Origin: Tubulanus polymorphus
Lineage: Eukaryota > Animalia > Nemertea
Assembly (NCBI RefSeq): GCF_964204645.1
Contig: NC_134026.1
Coordinates: 11,121,950 to 11,185,949, forward strand
DNA length: 64,000 bases
Direction of reading: 5' to 3'
Shown piece by piece: positions 61,559 through 64,000 of this stretch. Within the stretch, counting starts at the first letter, position 1, and the number at the start of each line of letters is the position of its first letter. Under the pieces are notes generated by a model. That model did no database searches. It was not told the origin of the DNA and saw nothing but the letters and a program-made list of their open reading frames with translations. The position numbers were made by a program, and so were the translations under genes.

Positions 61559-62455
61559 CCAATGTTTCATAAAAAAATCATCGAGAACTATCGCTGTATT
61601 TTGCTAACAAGAGAATTACACTGGCGGCCATATTTGATGGCCGATAACCTCCGTTTTCAATAAGGATGAACATCTCGCCTGCCTCAATCCTCGTAGTAAC
61701 ATTAAGAAAAATCCATCGAGAATCGCACCCTTATTGTGCGGACCGCTCACACTAATATAGAATGTCCGCTTCCACCAGAGATACATATGCTTTATATCAA
61801 TTATAGTTTTATTCAATCCAATTGAAATTGTTTGACCAAATTTTGTTAAATCCATCGCATCATAATTTCCCATAGAAACTTTCAACATATTATTGCCCTC
61901 AGTTTCTTGTCTTGAAGAAAAGGGGGTCAAGTCAATGACCCCGGTTCAGCAGCCACCAAATGTCCAATTACTCGAGAGATCACGAATAAACATTTCTATT
62001 GATATTTGTTTCATACACAGGCTCTTTAATTTTCTTTCTTTCCAGCACTAGTGGTATAATATCAACTTATTACACTGTAATGATACAACAAATTTAGCAA
62101 CTTGGTGCGGCATGAAGTGTGATTTATGTTAACCTGAATGGTAAATGAGCATATACTTCTAGTCTCGTAAATAAAACGGGTTTCCCACGTCAGGAGCAAA
62201 CTCTTGTCCAGAACAACTGCACCGAAAAGATAAGTTATTCCCTAAGAAACGATAAGTATTTCCTAAAATCCACACGGACAGGTATTGAAAAGTGAAGCAT
62301 CATTTAAAACAACAGCTGTGAACCCACGATCTTTTTTAACTAGAGCTAAAGAACATCTTTAATTGCAGGTGTCCATCTTAAAGTGATGATATTCAACGAA
62401 ATCATTAAAATTCAAAATAACTCTGTATCTACTATCCGGGAGTAAGAATCTCCTG

Positions 62456-62581
62456 GGGCCAGTTGTACAGTCGAGACTTAAGTCCAAAAGTGGTCTTTAA
62501 TCTTAAGACTGGTCTCAAGTTCTTAGATTGGCTATAGACTAAATTGGTCTTAATTCTAAGCCATGACTATGCAACTGGCCC
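62456..62581. mobile_element. Harbinger-type MITE (126 bp)
   Basis: CTG|GGGCCAGTTGtAcAGTC ... GACTaTgCAACTGGCCC|CTG. Confidence 0.8.
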
Positions 62582-64000
62582 CTGGACTCAAAATGCATGG
62601 CTCAATGGTATTCTGTTCAGCAATTCAGACATGCTATTATTCAGTATTTCCTGTAGAATCACACTGGATACCTCCATATTATATTGTACAGGGAGCAAAC
62701 TTAGTTCTATTCAATATCCTGCTGTGGTGCGAAGGATCCACGGTTCAGACGTAATACTAAGCAAATTTTTAAAATGACTCGCTGTTTTCGCAGCCCTATA
62801 TTTGCGGGTATTGCGAGTATTCAGTCATCGGGCCTTTCGATTGAATATGTGCCTTACGCATAGGCGGTGCACATTCGTTAATCATAGTGTCGGTAGATCA
62901 TAGAAAAGACTATTCGCTTTATACTGATTTGATTCATTTCAGTGATTGCCAAGCGGTTCAAATTCAATTTGCTTAGAGAAGAGAACAAAATACAGGTGTC
63001 GAGCAACCTCTTTGACGTTCCACCAGATGAGTTTGCTAGTACAAGTTGGTAGTGACATTTTGGCCGGCATTATTCGCATGCGATGCTCACACACATCGTT
63101 TGAATAGGATTTTTGTCACGCTGTATGTAAATTAATTATTCTAAGAGAAACATATTATATCTATTCCTTAAAAAATAAAAATAAATGGTACTTATCACAT
63201 TCAAGTAGGCATTCCTTTGCGCGTAACTTCCCGTACGAAAGTTTTTCAAATAAGTGCCAACTGAATACGCGTCGGGCCAAAAATGAAGGTCCCAAGTGAA
63301 CCAACATATGCCCACTCAACTGTGACAATGTGTCATTATATCCGCTTCCACTATATCAGCTATCAGTAATGTATTTGTTTGATATATAGGAAGTCGTTAC
63401 GGGTCGATCACTGTTACGCAACTTAATGAAAATGAAACTGCCCGCTGAGTGTCTCAAATGGGCTAGTAATTTATATCCTATCGTAATGAATAAACGAATT
63501 ATGTTCCATGGAATAAGCCGACTCTAAGTTGTTTCTTAATTCTTATAGTACACATACGTACATGAGTAGGTGTACGTACGTATATACGTACATTCATCAA
63601 TGGTGCGAGTGGTATGAATCATGTGATACATTAGATAAAACGGTAAATACGTATGTAAATCTGTAGATGTATAGCAGTACATTAAGTGGTGTACGGAAAA
63701 CATGAAACGTATGTCTTATCTAAAATCTTTGTTCTTTACGTACGTTATCTAGAGATCGAACGCAACTAAGCTGGTATATAATGTTTATGTCGGATAGACC
63801 TGAAAGTTTTAGTTTTTGGTTTTATATATGAAATCAGTAGACTACTAGTTTTATCAGACATGAACATTGAATATTTTGAAAATGGCATATAGAATTGTCG
63901 GAATGAATCTAGTTGAAACGTCAAACTATCTCTCAGTTTGTTCTTCTTTCTGTGAGTTTGTCAACCTACTGACATTAGAAAGCCATTTGTCTAGGTAAAC

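Overview
AT-rich animal (probably invertebrate; inference) genomic DNA with spliceosomal introns; no prokaryotic features. The left half (about 8.6-34 kb) is a nested transposon stack. It contains: (1) a 9.2-kb ISL2EU/IS4EU-type (PIF/Harbinger-related) DNA transposon with 377-bp TIRs and convergent THAP-DDE transposase and SAP-SWIM-YqaJ nuclease genes, itself interrupted by a 2.2-kb CCC...GGG EnSpm-like non-autonomous element; (2) a frameshifted L2/Crack-type LINE; (3) a decayed Sola2-like transposon; (4) an intact BEL/Pao LTR retrotransposon with identical LTRs, a tRNA-His PBS and a 5-bp TSD. The right half holds a six-exon HtrA2/Omi serine protease gene (37225-53532, +) whose introns carry DINE-1/HINE-like elements and MITEs. 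A convergent unassigned 466-aa ORF follows, with a possible IL-17-like Cys motif. Coordinates were read by eye and no database searches were run; family assignments rest on recognised motifs.
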